Source: Patescibacteria group bacterium
GTDB lineage: Bacteria > Patescibacteriota > Patescibacteriia > UBA2196
Assembly: GCA_028748975.1 (NCBI GenBank)
Contig: JAQTPI010000006.1
Coordinates: 366-64,365, forward strand
Length of the DNA stretch: 64,000 nt
Reading direction: 5' to 3'
Positions 10,289-20,143 of this stretch are shown piece by piece; the first letter of the stretch is position 1; every line of letters begins with the position of its first letter. Under the pieces are notes generated by a model that made no database searches, was not told the DNA's origin, and worked only from the letters and a program-made list of their open reading frames with translations. Position numbers and translations under genes: made by a program.

Positions 10289-10405
10289 TAGCGAATTACC
10301 TGCTAATTTTGCGAATAAAAATCCGCCCCGATGCGCTTTGCGCCATCGGGGCGGATTTGATTAGTCTTATTCGCCTCCATTAGCATTATTAGCAATTATT
10401 AAACT

Positions 10406-12586
10406 TTATTCGTTTTCTATCAAAATTTGATTGCTCTGCTCGCGCCACTGTGTCGCCGGAATAGTCGGATGTACTGTTTGTTTGCCATTCTTTGCCAAAT
10501 CAAATATCTCTTGCGGGGTATAACCGCCATAAATGAAAGCATTAACCACCGCGCCCCAGGAAGTATTTTTCAAGGTTAAAATCTTACCGCCATTCAGCGC
10601 TTTCAGTTCATCTCTTAAAACTATAGCTGCGTTCTCTTCAGTTTTCAAATCACCCAGTCGCGACAAACCGTAAATTTTATTCTTATTAGTGGAAATTTTC
10701 TTGGCTTCCGGCGAGAGCGGACTATAACCGCTTTTAATTTCCGTCAAATCATCAAAGCCGTCGCCATCAGTGTCTTCTTTGTTTAGATCCGTGCCATAAA
10801 GTCCTTCTTGAAAATCAGTCAGGCCATCGCCATCAGTATCAAGTTTGTAATCAACCGCTACTGTTGTTGGTGTTGATGTTTGTGTTGGTGTTGATGTTTG
10901 TGAACCAAGGCTTGGTTTAGTGCCCGAACATAAACTGTCTGCCACCACGCTGCCATTATTGTCTTGGCATCTGACTGCCCAAGAATAAGTGGTATTGGCA
11001 CTGGTACAGCTCTGGCTCGTTGTCGGCTTGGTGTCGAAACATAAACTGTCAGCCGCCGCGGCGCCGGTATTATCTTTGCAAGACACGCTTCTTGTTTGCG
11101 TACTATTGGTGCAAGTTGACCACGCACCCGAAGACCAGGAATAAGTCGTTGTGGTGGTGGTTGAACAACTTTGATTGGTTGTTGGTTTAATGCCGGAGCA
11201 TAAACTGTCAGCCACTGTGGCACTATTTTTATCTTTACAAACCACAGTTCTGGTTTGTGTGTTACTAGAACAGGTTGACCAATCACCCGAGGTCCAAGTA
11301 TAAGTAATTCCAACACCCAAAGTTGATCCTGCCACCCAACTTGTCCAATCAGAGCAACCATTAGAATTGCAGGCTTGAACTTTGGCGCTGTAAGAACGAT
11401 TGGAACTTAAAGGATTAAATGGCGCGCCATAATTAGCTGTGTTAAAAGAAGCGCCAGTTACTTTTTGGGCATCACCTACGCCATCTACTTGGACATAATA
11501 ATATGTGGCACTGCTGACTGCGTCCCAACTCCAAGTAAGGGAAGTGCTGGTTGAACCGGTAGATTTAAAATTGGTGGGTTTATCTGGTTTTGTTGCCCAA
11601 GTCGTCCCGGCCACCCAACTTGTCCAATCAGAACAACCATTAGAATTGCAGGCTTGAACTTTGGCGCTGTAAGAACGATTGGAACTTAAAGGATTAAATG
11701 GCGCGCCATAATTAGCTGTGTTAAAAGAAGCGCCAGTTACTTTTTGGGCATCACCTACGCCATCTACTTGGACATAATAATATGTGGCACTGCTGACTGC
11801 GTCCCAACTCCAAGTAAGGGAAGTGCTGGTTGAATCTGTGGTTTTCAAATTTGTAGGAGATGTAGGAATACTCTCTATTCTTGTCACTTGTTTCACATAT
11901 GAACTGTAAGCAGAACAACCGCCGGTGTTGCAGGCCCTGACTTTTGCCTGATAGTCTGTGTTTGGTTGTAATCCAGAAAAAGTAGCGGATTTAATGGAAG
12001 AAATATTGTCTTCGGTAATTTTTTGTGTTTCATCAAAACCGCCATAAAAAGGCCGGTCCTTAACAACCTCATAATACGTCGCGCCGGACTGCGCGCTCCA
12101 CACCCATTTGATGGAAGTGCTGGTATACTCATCTACTTTCAAATCCGTGGGAGTGGTAGGAGGAGTGGGCGTGGTTACCACTGGCGTTGCTGCCGCTGGC
12201 GTCTGGGCTATATCTGAACTGGCCGAAAAAACAGAACAAATGGCATTGCAAGCTTTAACCCTAGCTATGTATGCTGTATTCGGCTTTAAACCTTTAAATT
12301 CATAAGATGTGACTTTTATATCATTAGCATACAGTGTTTCTGAACCACCAACAGAATATTCCCCAAGATAAACTTCATATCTGCTCGCGCTGGCCACCAC
12401 ATTCCAAGTAAAAGAAATTGAAGTTTCTTTAATTGATTGTGGTTGTATTTGTGGCTTCCCTGGCGCTAGGGGCATAATAATTGCTTTAGCCGAATTTGCC
12501 AACAAAAAAAGCTGACCCGAAGCCAAAGCCAGCGTAAGAGCAAATATCAAAAGACCTTTAAAATTCTTTTGCGCGCGTTTTTTCAT
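10406..12586 (-). CDS. secreted surface protein with fibronectin type III-like repeats, Cys-rich modules and calcium-binding DxDxDG repeats
   Basis: Signal peptide MKKRAQKNFKGLLIFALTLALASG. Repeated ~93-aa FN3-like units, two of them identical. Repeated TWTSGDWSTCS...TQTRTVVCKD modules. DTDGDGLTDFQEG and DTDGDGFDDLTEI thrombospondin-type-3-like Ca-binding motifs. Confidence 0.7.
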   Translation of the reverse strand: MKKRAQKNFKGLLIFALTLALASGQLFLLANSAKAIIMPLAPGKPQIQPQSIKETSISFTWNVVASASRYEVYLGEYSVGGSETLYANDIKVTSYEFKGLKPNTAYIARVKACNAICSVFSASSDIAQTPAAATPVVTTPTPPTTPTDLKVDEYTSTSIKWVWSAQSGATYYEVVKDRPFYGGFDETQKITEDNISSIKSATFSGLQPNTDYQAKVRACNTGGCSAYSSYVKQVTRIESIPTSPTNLKTTDSTSTSLTWSWDAVSSATYYYVQVDGVGDAQKVTGASFNTANYGAPFNPLSSNRSYSAKVQACNSNGCSDWTSWVAGTTWATKPDKPTNFKSTGSTSTSLTWSWDAVSSATYYYVQVDGVGDAQKVTGASFNTANYGAPFNPLSSNRSYSAKVQACNSNGCSDWTSWVAGSTLGVGITYTWTSGDWSTCSSNTQTRTVVCKDKNSATVADSLCSGIKPTTNQSCSTTTTTTYSWSSGAWSTCTNSTQTRSVSCKDNTGAAAADSLCFDTKPTTSQSCTSANTTYSWAVRCQDNNGSVVADSLCSGTKPSLGSQTSTPTQTSTPTTVAVDYKLDTDGDGLTDFQEGLYGTDLNKEDTDGDGFDDLTEIKSGYSPLSPEAKKISTNKNKIYGLSRLGDLKTEENAAIVLRDELKALNGGKILTLKNTSWGAVVNAFIYGGYTPQEIFDLAKNGKQTVHPTIPATQWREQSNQILIENE
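11325..11850. repeat. near-perfect tandem duplication (2 x 279 bp) inside the FN3 surface-protein gene
   Basis: Segments about 11332-11565 and 11611-11844 are identical except for 1-2 nt. They encode a duplicated 93-aa unit. Confidence 0.85.
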
Positions 12587-12716
12587 AGTTTTTGTGTTTA
12601 TTTTTGTTTATTTTTTCGCTAATTTTAGCGAATTATACATTAAGTATAGCAAATTTTTTGCTACTTGTCAAATTAAAAAGCCGTTCTCTGAACGGCTTTT
12701 GTTTTTGATGAGTTTG

Positions 12717-12962
12717 TCAGAAATTATAAATCCGCGTCAAATTGTCAATAAACTGCGCTGGCGGCCATTCCTTGGTGTAACCGCACTGCCGGCAAGTCAA
12801 TTTTATTTTATTACCGGAAATTTCTTCTTCTTCCATTTGTTGTTCGCAATTAAAACAACGGCTCGCTAAATTATAAGATTGGCGTGTGATAAAACAAATG
12901 AAACCCAAAAAAAATACCACCAAAAGAATACCACCAAAAATAATTCCGATTATTCCCCACAT
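12717..12962 (-). CDS. small membrane protein with C-terminal CxxC...CxxC zinc ribbon
   Basis: N-terminal TM helix IIGIIFGGILLVVFFLGFICFI. CFNC...CRQCG motifs. Bidirectional hairpin terminator at 12675-12707. Confidence 0.45.
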   Translation of the reverse strand: MWGIIGIIFGGILLVVFFLGFICFITRQSYNLASRCFNCEQQMEEEEISGNKIKLTCRQCGYTKEWPPAQFIDNLTRIYNF

Positions 12963-13076
12963 TTCTGCCTCCTTTTTTAAATTATCAAAAAATAATAAAA
13001 TATTTTATATCCTTATATCTCCATATCTTTATTTCTAATATTTTTATTTCCCTTATTACTAGTTACTAGTTACTTA

Positions 13077-13769
13077 TTACCAATTTTTTTTCACCAACCC
13101 CTTTTCCGCCGCGTCCATCTGCGCTTCTTGTTTGGAAGTGCCCTCGCCTTTAGCCACCAATTCTTCTTCCAGATAAACTCCGATGATAAATTTCTTGTTA
13201 TGATCCGGGCCGGATTCAGAAATCACCTGATATGACGGCGTCACCCCGACTTTGTCTTGCGCCATTTCCTGAAAACGCGACTTGGCGTCAATATAAAGTT
13301 TATGTTTCAAAATATCCGGCAATTTCACCAAAATATTTTTGATAATAAATTTTTTAGCGGTATCCCAACCCAAATCCAAATAAATCGCGCCGATCACCGC
13401 TTCCATGGCGTTGGCAATAATGTAACCGCGCGCTTTCTGATTTTTATCTTTGGCTTCGCCGCGCGACAAAAATAAAAAATCATCCAATTCCAGTTCCTTG
13501 CCGATTTCCGAAAGCATCTTGGCGTTGACCAAAGCCGCCCGCCAGTTTGTCATCTCACCCTCGGGATTATTAGGATAATTTTCATATAAATTTTCCGTCA
13601 CGATTAATTCCAAGACCGCGTCGCCCAAAAATTCCAGCCGTTCATTGTGTTCCATTTTTAAAGACGGGTGCTCGTTCAAATATGACCGGTGCGTCAGCGC
13701 CTGTTTCAAAAGTTCCGGATGTTTAAAATTAACTTTTAAAATTTCTTCCAATTTGGAAATGTCTTTCAT
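13077..13769 (-). CDS. rnc: ribonuclease III
   Basis: RNase III signature ERLEFLGDAVLELIVTENLY plus a C-terminal dsRBD. 230 aa. Confidence 0.9.
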   Translation of the reverse strand: MKDISKLEEILKVNFKHPELLKQALTHRSYLNEHPSLKMEHNERLEFLGDAVLELIVTENLYENYPNNPEGEMTNWRAALVNAKMLSEIGKELELDDFLFLSRGEAKDKNQKARGYIIANAMEAVIGAIYLDLGWDTAKKFIIKNILVKLPDILKHKLYIDAKSRFQEMAQDKVGVTPSYQVISESGPDHNKKFIIGVYLEEELVAKGEGTSKQEAQMDAAEKGLVKKNW

Positions 13770-13890
13770 AAAATTTTTTAGTCCATCCTGACTTCTCGCC
13801 TTTCTAATTTATTTCATCAAAAAATAAAAAGGCGAGAAGGAAGGATCCCGTGGCCAACGGGAAAAATTAATGATTTTAATGATTTTAATA

Positions 13891-14376
13891 TTATTCGCCC
13901 AAATTCGACTGGGGCCCTTCGCTTTCGCTCAGGGCAGGCTCAGTAACTTTTATCTCTCCCTTCGCTTCCATCTCCCCATAAATCGCGCCCAAAACTCCAT
14001 TGACAAATTTGCCTGAAGATTCACCGCCAAATGTTTTGGCCATTTCAATCGCCTCATTAATCACCACTTTCGGCGGTACGTCGCTAGCGGCAAATTTCAA
14101 TTCATAAATTCCCAGGCGCAGCACGTTTCTGTCCACCACCGTAATTTTATCAAGAGGCCACTCCGGCGCGAATTTAATTATAATTTCATCAATCGCTTTG
14201 ATGTTTTTTACCACGCCTTTGACCAAACTTTCCACAAAAGAAATGTCTTCCAACCCGGCCGCCTGTTCTTTAATATTGTAAGTCAAAACCTCATTTAATT
14301 TTTCTGAATGGTGATTAAAATCCCACTCATAGAGCGTTTGCATGGCAATAGTTCTGGATAGGTGTCTGTTGGGCAT
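13891..14376 (-). CDS. nusB: transcription antitermination factor NusB
   Basis: NusB-like N-terminus ([13 protein letters not shown]) and all-helical body. Start moved to the internal ATG at 14376. The 45-codon upstream extension of the ORF-track call lies inside a MITE-like repeat (14386-14540). Confidence 0.75.
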   Translation of the reverse strand: MPNRHLSRTIAMQTLYEWDFNHHSEKLNEVLTYNIKEQAAGLEDISFVESLVKGVVKNIKAIDEIIIKFAPEWPLDKITVVDRNVLRLGIYELKFAASDVPPKVVINEAIEMAKTFGGESSGKFVNGVLGAIYGEMEAKGEIKVTEPALSESEGPQSNLGE

Positions 14377-14385
14377 TTTTCGGTA

Positions 14386-14540
14386 TAATCCTGAGCGAGG
14401 ACCCCGCATCTTGCGGGGGGACGAAGTCGAAGGATCCCCTGCGAACTTGGGCAGATAGTATTTTGTAAATCTTATCTTTCTGCCACGGGGTCCTTCGGTC
14501 CGATCCGCCAATCGGCGGACTATCGGACCTCAGGACAGGT
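14386..14540. mobile_element. MITE-like element (degenerate left TIR ATAATCCTGAG, right end CTCAGGACAGG)
   Basis: Internal sequence is about 80% identical to the element at 49623-49750 (GAAGGATCCCCTGCGAACTTGGG...CCACGGGGTCCTTCG). Confidence 0.55.
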
Positions 14541-14549
14541 TAAATAATT

Positions 14550-14771
14550 TTATTTCTTCATCTTCGCTTCCTTCTCTTTCTTCTTCAAATGCTTAAATTT
14601 AATTTTCAAAACTGCTTTGCTGCGATAAGTGCCGCAGCTGGCGCAGGCGTGGTGCGGCTTAACCGGTTTGGCGCATTTCGGGCAAACCGAAATTTGGTTG
14701 GTGCCCAATTTAAAAGCGGCGCGGCGCACGCGTCCTCGTGATTTGCATAATCGTTTGCCTGGTAAACCCAT
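14550..14771 (-). CDS. rpmF: 50S ribosomal protein L32 (zinc-ribbon type, with lysine-rich C-terminal tail)
   Basis: MGLPGKRLCKSRGRVRRAA... with CPKC...CASCG zinc-ribbon cysteines typical of L32. Start moved to the internal ATG at 14771. Confidence 0.75.
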   Translation of the reverse strand: MGLPGKRLCKSRGRVRRAAFKLGTNQISVCPKCAKPVKPHHACASCGTYRSKAVLKIKFKHLKKKEKEAKMKK

Positions 14772-14814
14772 ATTTTTGTTAATTTCCAAATTCCAATTTC
14801 CAATTTCCAAACAA

Positions 14815-14847
14815 TCGGTTTTTGCCAAAGGCAAAAACCGAACTTCG
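14815..14847. repeat. palindrome CGGTTTTTGCC-AAA-GGCAAAAACCG, flanked by (AATTTCC/T)n inverted tracts
   Basis: Identical cores at 20880-20908 (upstream of recA) and 26878-26906 (upstream of ssb). Confidence 0.6.
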
Positions 14848-15002
14848 GTCGTCTGGCCTTAGGCATTTCATTAGAAATTAGTAATTAGTAATTGGATATT
14901 TATTAATTCTTATTATAATTATTATAGCTTACTTTTAATTTTTTGGCAAGTAAAAGAAAAACCCGCTTTGACTGGCGTCAAAACGGGTTATTTGTGTGTT
15001 AT

Positions 15003-15884
15003 TTAATAAAACGGAATAAATTCGGCCTTCAAACGTACCAGGCCCTTTCTATCCATCCCAAATTCCAATATCCAAAAACCCATCATAGCTGCGATCTTCT
15101 GTCGACGCATAAAACCTGTTTGATGTTGTAAGGTAGCGGTTTGAAAAACCGCCACGTTACGATAATTGGGAATCCACTCCGCTTTATGATAATGTCCTAT
15201 CAAAATAATGTTTGGTTTTTCGCCACCCGTTATTATTTCGGTATATTTTTGTGGATGATACGACAAAGCATAAGCCGTACCGCCGCCCGGATGCGATAAA
15301 CGCAACCTAATCTTATGGCCACGCGAATCCTGAATATCTATATCTTTTTCTTCTTGTCCTTCATAAACCAAGTCTTCTCTTTTTTGCGCAATTTGGTAAC
15401 CGATATCACAACCCGCATTTTTCCAAAATGACAAGTCATGATTACCGGTAATGAAATGTGTTATTATATGTGGCTTATAGGGATAATGTTTACACACATA
15501 CTTCACCTGTTCATCAGCCCCATGAACCAACAACTCATACTCGTGGCCGCGATACATTTTTTCACCATCAACTAGATCACCAGTATGATAGACTCGACGT
15601 ATGCCCTCGGACTCAAAAATATTATAAGCGGTCTTTACTAGACCGATATCATCGCACTTAGAACCAAGTTGGGTATCGCCCAAAACTCCAATCTTGACCC
15701 TTTGTGTATGAAATTTCTCCAAAGGTATGACCGTGTTATTTAAAAATTCCACCATCTGTCGGTTCAAACGAAAAATTTCTTTTTCTTTTTGTGCTAACTC
15801 CCAAATATAATTACAAACATCGCACTTAACTTTTGGTGCGCTTTTTCCCTGATATGACTTATGTTTTTGACAGTGTCGCCTCAT
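15003..15884 (-). CDS. calcineurin-like metallophosphoesterase with N-terminal CxxC zinc finger
   Basis: Metallophosphatase motifs GDTQLG, GDLVDG, GNHD and GH..H. Putative promoter TTGACA-17-TAAAAT upstream. Hairpin terminator at 14951-14988. Confidence 0.65.
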   Translation of the reverse strand: MRRHCQKHKSYQGKSAPKVKCDVCNYIWELAQKEKEIFRLNRQMVEFLNNTVIPLEKFHTQRVKIGVLGDTQLGSKCDDIGLVKTAYNIFESEGIRRVYHTGDLVDGEKMYRGHEYELLVHGADEQVKYVCKHYPYKPHIITHFITGNHDLSFWKNAGCDIGYQIAQKREDLVYEGQEEKDIDIQDSRGHKIRLRLSHPGGGTAYALSYHPQKYTEIITGGEKPNIILIGHYHKAEWIPNYRNVAVFQTATLQHQTGFMRRQKIAAMMGFWILEFGMDRKGLVRLKAEFIPFY

Positions 15885-16198
15885 CTTCTCTTTCCTTTCG
15901 CTTGTTTGATGATAAATTTGATGATAAATTTGTCCGACAAATAAAAATATTTGTCACTTATCCCCAAATTAACAACTTTCTTTCAGCTTTCAAAAAAACA
16001 TCTTATTTAGGCGTAAAACCCCCCTTTTTTCACAATTTTCCTCCTTTCTTTTTCTTTTTCCGTTGTTAAAGTTCCTTTGTCTGCTTTAATTTTATCTTAC
16101 CTGGAAACCCTTGTCAAAAAAATAAAAAAACCCGCCTTCGGCTTGGCCGACAACGGGTTATTTTTGACTGATTATAAATAGATAATATTTATTCCAAG

Positions 16199-16816
16199 TT
16201 ATTTTTCTACCGCGCAATGGTGTTCTGTTTGAGACATATTTTCATCCGCCATCTCTGGCTTGCCACGACCGCAGCTGTCGCAAAATTCACCAATGCTAAT
16301 ATCCAAACTGCCGCCTCTGATGGCACCACTAATATAACGATGCTGGCATTTGGCGGCGCAGGCATCGCAAATGCCCCATTCGCAAGCAACGCGATTAATC
16401 ATATTGGCTTTGCACAATTTGCAGTGTCTAACGGTAACTTTGATTGCTTTTTTTTCATCCACCACTGTCTCGCCGATGAAAATCAGTTCGCCGCGACCAA
16501 AAAAACAGGCGTCTCTAATTTGGCTGACTTCTCGCCTGTCTTCTTTGGTGTTACCGCTGAGAGTTAATTTAATACCACCAATACAAGCGATGCTTATGCT
16601 GGTCCACCCATTCCCTTTTTCCACCTTCTCTTTCTTTTGGGCACCGGCGTAAAAAAAGAGTCTGGGGAAACCATCCCTATCCTCATCTCGCCCATCATAA
16701 AAAATTTTATCCCCTGGTTTGAGAATTTTGATAATGGAAGCAAGAATCCTTTTTTCGCTTCTCTTGTCCGGTACAAAAGTGAAGGTTCCTGATTTCTCAT
16801 CTCGCACAATTTTCAT
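16199..16816 (-). CDS. cysteine-rich hypothetical protein (205 aa)
   Basis: Intact ORF with multiple CxxC/CxC clusters near the C-terminus (CKLCK, CDACAAKC, CDSCG). Confidence 0.45.
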   Translation of the reverse strand: MKIVRDEKSGTFTFVPDKRSEKRILASIIKILKPGDKIFYDGRDEDRDGFPRLFFYAGAQKKEKVEKGNGWTSISIACIGGIKLTLSGNTKEDRREVSQIRDACFFGRGELIFIGETVVDEKKAIKVTVRHCKLCKANMINRVACEWGICDACAAKCQHRYISGAIRGGSLDISIGEFCDSCGRGKPEMADENMSQTEHHCAVEK

Positions 16817-16860
16817 TGCGCCCTTCCTCCTTCCGCCTTTCGTTTTTTATTTTTAATGGT

Positions 16861-17226
16861 TCAACTTTTTCCCTGTCCAAAAACAAATAAATACAAACCA
16901 ATTTCCGGGTATTTCTCTCCGGCTTTTTTCATTTCTTCGGGCAAATGTTTACAAACAACCATCAGTGCCTTTTGAATTTCTTTGTTAAAAGAATACATTG
17001 TTGCCATATAAAGAAGTTCTAGAAAATCTTTTTCATCAAATAATTCCTGCCATTGGAAATCATTAATCAAATAACGAATCTTTGAGCCGTTTTGAAGGGC
17101 CCGGCAAAGACGTTCTCGTTCTTCTCTCTCCGGGTGGTTCTTTAAAATATCAAGTAAAATCAATGCCCTGATTACGTGTAAAGCACCGCGAATTTCATTG
17201 TTTTCTTCCCGGTTGAATTCTTTCAT
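16861..17226 (-). CDS. hypothetical protein (121 aa)
   Basis: Intact ORF, 4-nt overlap with the upstream gene (translational coupling). Confidence 0.4.
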   Translation of the reverse strand: MKEFNREENNEIRGALHVIRALILLDILKNHPEREERERLCRALQNGSKIRYLINDFQWQELFDEKDFLELLYMATMYSFNKEIQKALMVVCKHLPEEMKKAGEKYPEIGLYLFVFGQGKS

Positions 17227-17582
17227 CTCTTCCTCCTGGCCTCTTGGCTCTTCAGTTTTTTTAATAACTCTTTCGACGGTTTTATTAAATCAAAAGGCAC
17301 TGATACTACCTGCGATAATTTCTGTTTTTTTTCAATAAAATCGCCCGTGGTTCTGTCATAAACCAAAAACTCAAAACCTTTGCCGCCACTGCCGGCAACA
17401 ACCCAAACAATTGTCTTGTCTTTGCCGAGAATAAAATCATCCGCTCGCAATTGCCGTTCCGCATGAAGCAAATCTAAAAAATCCCATAATTTTTCCATCT
17501 TTCCTCCTCTCGCTTTGCAGCTTTTAATTTTTGATGGTTCAATTGTCTCTCTTACCTTAGCACTCTTCAAAATCTTTGTCAA
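17223..17582 (-). CDS. hypothetical protein (119 aa)
   Basis: Intact ORF. First gene of an apparent 3-gene minus-strand operon. Confidence 0.4.
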   Translation of the reverse strand: MTKILKSAKVRETIEPSKIKSCKARGGKMEKLWDFLDLLHAERQLRADDFILGKDKTIVWVVAGSGGKGFEFLVYDRTTGDFIEKKQKLSQVVSVPFDLIKPSKELLKKLKSQEARRKR

Positions 17583-17626
17583 ACCCGATTTAAAGTGATA
17601 AAATATGTATGTAATTTTCTTTTTAT

Positions 17627-17816
17627 GTCATCCTGAAGCCGATGAATATCGGCTGAAGGATCCCGTGGCCGAAGAGATAAATAATAAAGATATAAAGAAA
17701 TAAGGATATAATAGGCTAGGTCGCCTATATCTTTATATCCCTATATCCTTATATCTTTTCACAAAACCGCGAGATCCCTCGGCTCAATACTTCCCAAAAA
17801 GGCCGCTCAGGATAAA
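17627..17816. mobile_element. MITE-like element (GTCATCCTGAAG ... CTCAGGATAAAC) containing the ATATCCTTATATC palindromic sub-repeat
   Basis: Same composite structure as 40731-40983. Immediately upstream of ftsK. Confidence 0.5.
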
Positions 17817-17825
17817 CTTCAGACC

Positions 17826-20078
17826 ATGAAACAAAAAACTCCCAAACTAGAAATCCCCTCTCCCATCAAACGCGATATTTTGATAATTTTTGTTTTTCTT
17901 CTGGCCATTTTTTCCCTGGCCTCCATGGCCAATCTAACTGGCAAAGCCGGCCAATTTTTGGACCAAATCTGGCAGTGGGTTTTTGGCTGGGGCTGGTGGG
18001 TCTGGCCTTTTGTGCTTTTTATTCTTGGGTTTTTACTGGTCAATAAAGAGCGTTTGCAAATCAAGCTTTTCCGCTGGCTCGGCCTTTTTCTTTTTGTTTT
18101 GTCCTATTCTGGCCTCTTCCATATTTTCTTGGGCCCCACCCAATTTTTAACCGCGGCCAAAAATGGCGCCGGCGGCGGCTATTTGGGCTATGTTATCGCC
18201 TGGCCCTTAAATCAAATTGCTGGTTTTTGGGGCGGGCTCGTCATTCTCTTGGCTCTTTTAATTATTTCCATTCTCTTACTTTCTGAAAAAACTTTGCTGG
18301 AACTAAAAGACGGTTTGGAAACGCCGCGCCTTGGTTTTTTTGACGCGCTTAAAGAAAAATTCCGCCGTCATCAAGACGGTGAGACAGAAGAAGAAATGGT
18401 TCCGGAAGAAATCGGTTTTGAACAAAAAGAAATCGCGGAAAAAGAATTTGGCGCTGAAGAAAAAATCAGCGGCGCGCTCACCGGCGCCTTGCCACTGGAT
18501 CAAAAAGAACTTTTTCCTACCGTCAAAAAACGCCTGCCCAAAATTGATTTGCCTCTGGATTTGTTAAGTGGTAAAACCGGCCAGCCCACGGCCGGCGACA
18601 CCAAAGCCAATCAGGAAGTCATTCGCCGCACTTTTCAATATTTCGGCATTGAAGTGGAAATGGGCGAAATCTCTGTTGGCCCCACCGTCACCGAATACAC
18701 CTTGCGCCCAGCTTCCGGCGTTAAGGTTGCTCAAATTCTTTCTTTAAATAATGATTTGGCCTTGGCTCTGGCCGCCCACCCCATTAGAATTCAAGCGCCG
18801 ATTCCCGGCAAATCTTTGGTCGGCATTGAAGTTCCCAATCAAAAAGTGGCGGTGGTTTCTCTGAAAGATATTTTAATGGCTCCGGAATTCAAACAGCGTC
18901 ATGACGCCCTGACCATCGCCTTGGGTAAAGATGTTTCCGGCAAACCCTGGGTGGCGGATTTGGACCGCATGCCGCATTTGCTTTTAGCCGGCGCCACCGG
19001 TTCTGGCAAAACCGTCTGTTTAAATTCTATTATAATTTCTCTTTTATATGGCAACCAGCCTGATGAATTAAAATTCATCATGATTGATCCCAAGCGGGTG
19101 GAATTGCCAAGTTATAATGGTATTCCGCACCTGATGTGCCCGGTGATTGTGGATGTTAAAAAAACCATTAACGCCCTCCATTGGTCGGTGCGCGAAATGG
19201 AGAAACGTTTTCAAATTCTCTCACACGCCGGCAAAAGAAACATTGCTGCCTACAATGCCGCTCATCCGCAGGAAAAAATTCCCTATCTGGTTATTGTCAT
19301 TGATGAGTTGGCTGATTTAATGGCCACAGCCGCGAACGAAGTGGAGGCCTCCATTGTCCGCTTGGCGCAAATGGCCCGCGCTGTCGGCATTCATTTGGTT
19401 CTGGCCACCCAAAGGCCATCAGTGGAAGTTATCACTGGTTTAATCAAAGCTAATATTACGAGCCGTATTGCTTTTTCCGTGGCTTCGCTCATTGACTCGC
19501 GCACCATTCTTGATTGTTCTGGCGCGGAAAAACTTCTTGGGAGGGGTGACATGCTTTTTTCCACGCCGGAAATTTCCAAACCAAAAAGATTACAGGGCGC
19601 TTTTGTTTCTGATGATGAAATTGAACGGGTAGTTGGTTATTTAAAACAAAAAGGTGAGCCGGATTATGATCCGACCGTTATGGAAAAATTTATTGCTAAT
19701 AATAATCATGGGATTGGCGCGGAAATGGAAGATTCATCTTGGGGCAGTGGTTCTGACGAATCCGATGATCTTCTGCCTGATGCCAAAGAAATTGTCATGC
19801 AAGCTGGCAAAGCCTCGGCCTCATATTTGCAACGGCGTCTGCGCATCGGCTACAGCCGCGCCGCGAGATTATTAGATTTATTGGAAGAACAAGGCATTGT
19901 CGGCCCGGCTGATGGCTCCCGTCCGCGCGAGGTCTTAGTTAAAAAAGGCACGCGGGAAGAAGAAATTATGGATATTGTTAACGGCGAAGCCGAAGAAATC
20001 GGCGAGAATGAAGAAAATTTTGACGACATTCCTGTGCCGGAAAATAATGAGGAAGAAAATGATAATCCAATAATCTAG
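17826..20078 (+). CDS. ftsK: DNA translocase FtsK/SpoIIIE
   Basis: N-terminal TM helices, acidic linker, motor domain with Walker A GATGSGKT, and a C-terminal gamma domain (winged helix). 750 aa. Confidence 0.9.
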   Translation: MKQKTPKLEIPSPIKRDILIIFVFLLAIFSLASMANLTGKAGQFLDQIWQWVFGWGWWVWPFVLFILGFLLVNKERLQIKLFRWLGLFLFVLSYSGLFHIFLGPTQFLTAAKNGAGGGYLGYVIAWPLNQIAGFWGGLVILLALLIISILLLSEKTLLELKDGLETPRLGFFDALKEKFRRHQDGETEEEMVPEEIGFEQKEIAEKEFGAEEKISGALTGALPLDQKELFPTVKKRLPKIDLPLDLLSGKTGQPTAGDTKANQEVIRRTFQYFGIEVEMGEISVGPTVTEYTLRPASGVKVAQILSLNNDLALALAAHPIRIQAPIPGKSLVGIEVPNQKVAVVSLKDILMAPEFKQRHDALTIALGKDVSGKPWVADLDRMPHLLLAGATGSGKTVCLNSIIISLLYGNQPDELKFIMIDPKRVELPSYNGIPHLMCPVIVDVKKTINALHWSVREMEKRFQILSHAGKRNIAAYNAAHPQEKIPYLVIVIDELADLMATAANEVEASIVRLAQMARAVGIHLVLATQRPSVEVITGLIKANITSRIAFSVASLIDSRTILDCSGAEKLLGRGDMLFSTPEISKPKRLQGAFVSDDEIERVVGYLKQKGEPDYDPTVMEKFIANNNHGIGAEMEDSSWGSGSDESDDLLPDAKEIVMQAGKASASYLQRRLRIGYSRAARLLDLLEEQGIVGPADGSRPREVLVKKGTREEEIMDIVNGEAEEIGENEENFDDIPVPENNEEENDNPII

Positions 20079-20143
20079 TGAAATAAATTTTTTGTTACTT
20101 TATTACCTTATTACTAGTTACTTATTACTTATTACCCTCGCCC

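Noticed and set aside
10858-11361. 167-aa alternative-frame ORF inside the FN3 surface-protein gene
   Set aside because: Repetitive proline/glutamine-rich translation of the off-frame of a repeat-containing gene.
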